From Campylobacter sp. (GTDB lineage Bacteria > Campylobacterota > Campylobacteria > Campylobacterales > Campylobacteraceae): 64,000 nt of DNA. The stretch covers positions 2,577 to 66,576 of the forward strand of contig NZ_JBQNCH010000013.1 of the NCBI RefSeq assembly GCF_052169515.1, in the 5' to 3' direction. Position numbers and translations under genes: made by a program. The notes beneath the pieces were generated by a model. It was given only the letters and a program-made list of their open reading frames with translations, searched no databases and was not told the origin of the DNA. Position 1 is the first letter of the stretch, and each line of letters starts with the position of its first letter. Below, in pieces: positions 60,967 to 64,000 of the stretch.

Positions 60967-62328
60967 ATGGATAGAAAATCGTGGAGTTCAAAGCTCACAT
61001 ACATTTTAGCCGTTGCAGGAGCTACGGTCGGTTTTGGCGCGACGTGGCGTTTCCCGTATCTAGTCGGGCAAAACGGCGGCGGAGCCTACGTGCTCGTGTT
61101 TTGTATCGCGATGATCGTGATCGGCATACCTATGATTTTGGCTGAAAACGCGATCGGCAGACGCCTAAAATGCAACGCCGTGGACGCATTCGGCGGTAAA
61201 AATATCAGCCCAGCGTGGAAAATCGTTGGCTGGATGGGCTTGCTTGGCGCATTTGGTATTATGGCCTACTATATGGTTATCGGCGGCTGGGTGCTAAACT
61301 ACATCGCGCAGATCGCATTTGGCATGCTTGATCTCTCGCAGGTGCTTAGTTTCGAGGCTACCAGTGCGTTTTACGAACAAAATATCGTGAGCGATCCGCT
61401 GGCTATCAGCTTTGCGACGCTCGTGTTCGTGCTCGTAAACTACGCAATCTTGGTGCAGGGCGCGGTCGGCGGTATCGAGCGCTCGGCGAAGTATCTCATG
61501 CCGCTGCTTTTTGTGCTCATGATCGTGATGATCGTAAAAAACTTGACGCTTGAAGGCGCGATGGAAGGGGTTAAATTTTACCTCACTCCTGATTTTTCAA
61601 AGATAAATATCAAGCTTTTTGTCGAGGTTTTAGGACAGGTATTTTTCGCGCTTTCGCTTGGTTTTGGCGTGATGATCACGCTTTCAAGCTTTGTTAAAAA
61701 AGACGAAGGGCTAGTAAAAATCTCGATCATCACAGGCATTCTAAACACCCTCATCGCCGTGCTTGCGGGCTTTATGATATTCCCGTCGCTCTTTAGCTAC
61801 GGCGTCTCGCCTGATAGCGGCCCAAGCCTCGTGTTTAAGAGCTTGCCGATAGTTTTTTCGCATATGCCTTTTGGCGGATTTTTCGCGGTGGCATTTTTTG
61901 CGCTACTGATGATCGCCGCGCTCACTACCTCGCTACCGATCTACGAGGTTATCATCACTACGCTTCAGGAAAAATTTAAAATAAAACGCAAAAGCGCGAT
62001 TTTTTTGGTGCTAGGCACGATATTTATCTTTGGAAATTTACCGTCCTTGATGGCTACGAATTTGCTCGCGGACATTAAAATTTTCGGTAAAAATATCTTT
62101 GACGCATACGACGCCATCAGCGCTACGATATTTTTCGTGCTGACCTCGCTAGGATGCGCGATATTTGTGGGCTGGGTGCTAAAAGACGAAGCCAAACGCG
62201 AGATAATGCAGGGCAGCGAAAAATACGCAAAACTCGTAAATATCTGGTTTTGGTATATCAAATTCGTCGTGCCGTTTATCATTTTGGTGCTTTTTATCAG
62301 CTCGTTTTACGATAACTTTTTAAAGTAA
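60967..62328 (+). CDS. Sodium-dependent transporter, NSS/SNF (LeuT-like) family
   Basis: AGATVGFGATWRFPY..GQNGGGAY, GIER, QVFFALSLG, GPSLVF. Confidence 0.93.
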   Translation: MDRKSWSSKLTYILAVAGATVGFGATWRFPYLVGQNGGGAYVLVFCIAMIVIGIPMILAENAIGRRLKCNAVDAFGGKNISPAWKIVGWMGLLGAFGIMAYYMVIGGWVLNYIAQIAFGMLDLSQVLSFEATSAFYEQNIVSDPLAISFATLVFVLVNYAILVQGAVGGIERSAKYLMPLLFVLMIVMIVKNLTLEGAMEGVKFYLTPDFSKINIKLFVEVLGQVFFALSLGFGVMITLSSFVKKDEGLVKISIITGILNTLIAVLAGFMIFPSLFSYGVSPDSGPSLVFKSLPIVFSHMPFGGFFAVAFFALLMIAALTTSLPIYEVIITTLQEKFKIKRKSAIFLVLGTIFIFGNLPSLMATNLLADIKIFGKNIFDAYDAISATIFFVLTSLGCAIFVGWVLKDEAKREIMQGSEKYAKLVNIWFWYIKFVVPFIILVLFISSFYDNFLK

Positions 62329-62330
62329 AT

Positions 62331-63464
62331 TTGATGGCAAATCTCGTAAATTTAGCTAACGGAGATCGCCTAAATTTGCGCGTGCAGGGTCAAATTTTGA
62401 TCAGCGAGAGCATCAAAAACGGCAAAAGTAGGCAGACGCAAAAGGAGTTTGCAAGCGCGTACGAGGCGCAAAAAGCCTGCGTGAAAAAGGAGTGGGAGAG
62501 CCTAAAAAAAGGCTACGTCCTGCAAAACAGCGACGCCAAAGCGGGCGAGGCGATTTTGCAAGTCTACATCGGCGGCGGATACACGGGCGCGCTAGCCTTT
62601 GCGGGTGCAGAAGGCGAGCTTTTCGTCTATAAATGCGGCGGCTACAAAGAGGGCGGCACGCTAGATGATTTTCTCATCAGGCTAGACGCGATCGGCGCCG
62701 TAAAGCAGCAGATCGTCCTGCCAAAGCCGCTTGCGTGGCAGGCTGAGCGCGCGGGCAAAATTTTGCTTTTGGATCTGGATCATTTTATCTTTAAATTTGA
62801 CCCGGCAAGCGGCGAATTTAGCGATCTCTCTCAATGGTTGAGCTTTAAAAATAGCAAAGAATTTACGAGCTTCGTTTGCGCTGCGAAAGATACGGCGGCG
62901 TTTGCGATGTTTGGTCAAATTTTTACTTTGCGAGGCGGCGAGATTTCGCCTCTGGTCGAGTATAAATCCGAAATGAAAAACTACACGCCGATCCTTTGCG
63001 CCGCGCTCGGCGCTGATGGCACGCGGCTCGCGCTTTGCTGCAAGCAAAACGAGATCAAAATTTTAAACACTCTAAATGGCGAAATTTTAAATGAATTCAG
63101 AAGCAACTTCGGGGTTTTTGATAAAATTTGCTTTTTAGCTGATGGCTCGCTACTGGGCAAGGAACGCTACACTAGCAAGCTAGTTTGCCTTGATACCGCA
63201 AGCGGCGAGCGGCTAAATCCCGCTTGGCTGCGAGGCGAATGCGCCCAGGCGGACGAGTTTTGTGTTAGCGCGGACGGTTTTCGGCTGGCGTTAATAAACT
63301 ACGACAAAGCCCGCGTCATCGATCTAAAAAGCGGAAATTTGCGTATTAGCTTTGAGCTCTCGCACGTTGTGAAGCGCTGCGAGGCGAAATTTGAGCGCAT
63401 AAATGGCGAGGAATTTTTGGCCGTGCGCACCGACTACGGTTGCTTTAGTCTTTATAAAATTTAA
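62331..63464 (+). CDS. WGR-like domain plus beta-propeller hypothetical protein
   Basis: N-terminal QTQKEFASAYEAQKAC.KK..ESLKKGY resembles the WGR C-terminal helix; repeated ..ADG..LA...../LD..SG blades. Start may be ATG 62334. Confidence 0.7.
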   Translation: MMANLVNLANGDRLNLRVQGQILISESIKNGKSRQTQKEFASAYEAQKACVKKEWESLKKGYVLQNSDAKAGEAILQVYIGGGYTGALAFAGAEGELFVYKCGGYKEGGTLDDFLIRLDAIGAVKQQIVLPKPLAWQAERAGKILLLDLDHFIFKFDPASGEFSDLSQWLSFKNSKEFTSFVCAAKDTAAFAMFGQIFTLRGGEISPLVEYKSEMKNYTPILCAALGADGTRLALCCKQNEIKILNTLNGEILNEFRSNFGVFDKICFLADGSLLGKERYTSKLVCLDTASGERLNPAWLRGECAQADEFCVSADGFRLALINYDKARVIDLKSGNLRISFELSHVVKRCEAKFERINGEEFLAVRTDYGCFSLYKI

Positions 63465-63472
63465 GGAAAAAT

Positions 63473-64000
63473 ATGTTTTATTTTTTGCTTGGTATTTACT
63501 TTTTTTACGTTGCCGCAAAGGCGATTTTGGCGATATTGCAGACAAACTTTATCCGCTCGGAGGCTAAAAAGCCCGCCGTCGTGCTAGAGCAGGGCGAGTA
63601 CGAATCAGCCGCCGCGGCAGCGATAACGAATCAAAAATTTGAGATAGCGAGCCTGTTGTATCACGCCGCGATATTTGTGATGTGGGCGTGCTGGGGGCTT
63701 GGCGAGCTGTATAAGAGCGCCTATAAAACGGGAGAACTGCGAGATCATATCATCTTTGTGATGAGCTTTATGATCATCTCGTCGCTACTGGAGCTACCGC
63801 TAAATATTTACGAAACCTTCGTCAAAGACAAAAGGCTCGGCTTTTCAAACGTCACGCCTAAAATTTTTGTGCTTGATCTAGCTAAAACTCTCACGCTAAC
63901 GTTGGTGTTTGGTACGCTGTTTGTATGGCTGGTACTGCTTTGTATTGGATTTTTGGGAGATTTTTGGTGGTTTTGGGCATTTTTGCTTAGCTTCTCGGTC
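63473..64000 (+). CDS. M48 (Ste24p/HtpX-like) membrane metallopeptidase, 3'-truncated by window edge
   Basis: SD AAGGA; open to the window end: MFYFLLGIYF...LPLNIYETFVKDKRLGFSNVTPKIFVLD, matching the M48 N-terminal domain; HExxH not yet reached. Confidence 0.82.
   Translation, partial: MFYFLLGIYFFYVAAKAILAILQTNFIRSEAKKPAVVLEQGEYESAAAAAITNQKFEIASLLYHAAIFVMWACWGLGELYKSAYKTGELRDHIIFVMSFMIISSLLELPLNIYETFVKDKRLGFSNVTPKIFVLDLAKTLTLTLVFGTLFVWLVLLCIGFLGDFWWFWAFLLSFSV

Overview
Chromosomal window from a Campylobacter, most like oral/enteric C. concisus (judged from gene order, MOMP, CcsBA and codon usage; not confirmed by search). It is mostly core genome: rplK-rplA-rplJ-rplL-rpoB-rpoC, rpsL-rpsG-fusA-tRNA-Arg(CCT), dps, porA, cytochrome c plus ccsBA, flgB-flgC-fliE-ftsI, pepF-uvrD-truB-csrA-ispE-smpB-tlpA, sstT, metK, lnt, yajC-secDF-leuS-lptE-GGDEF-folC-mfd, cysK-cysE, a K+ channel, rpmB, rpe and a dnaQ-like exonuclease. 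I saw no CRISPR array, integrase, transposase or prophage. Most interesting points: (1) an AT-rich two-gene module between rpmB and rpe encoding a degenerate HDOD protein and a STAS/(REC-like)/STAS/CheX-like protein; (2) an NhaC-family transporter plus isoaspartyl dipeptidase cassette at the rpoC-rpsL junction; (3) a compact anti-Shine-Dalgarno sRNA upstream of porA; (4) a sigma28 promoter driving an uncharacterised protein; (5) an MthK/Kch-like internal start in the K+ channel gene; (6) head-to-head overlap of lnt and yajC; (7) a GC/CpG-richer right end with a WGR/propeller protein, next to an immunity-like orphan. All family calls come from motif recognition by eye.
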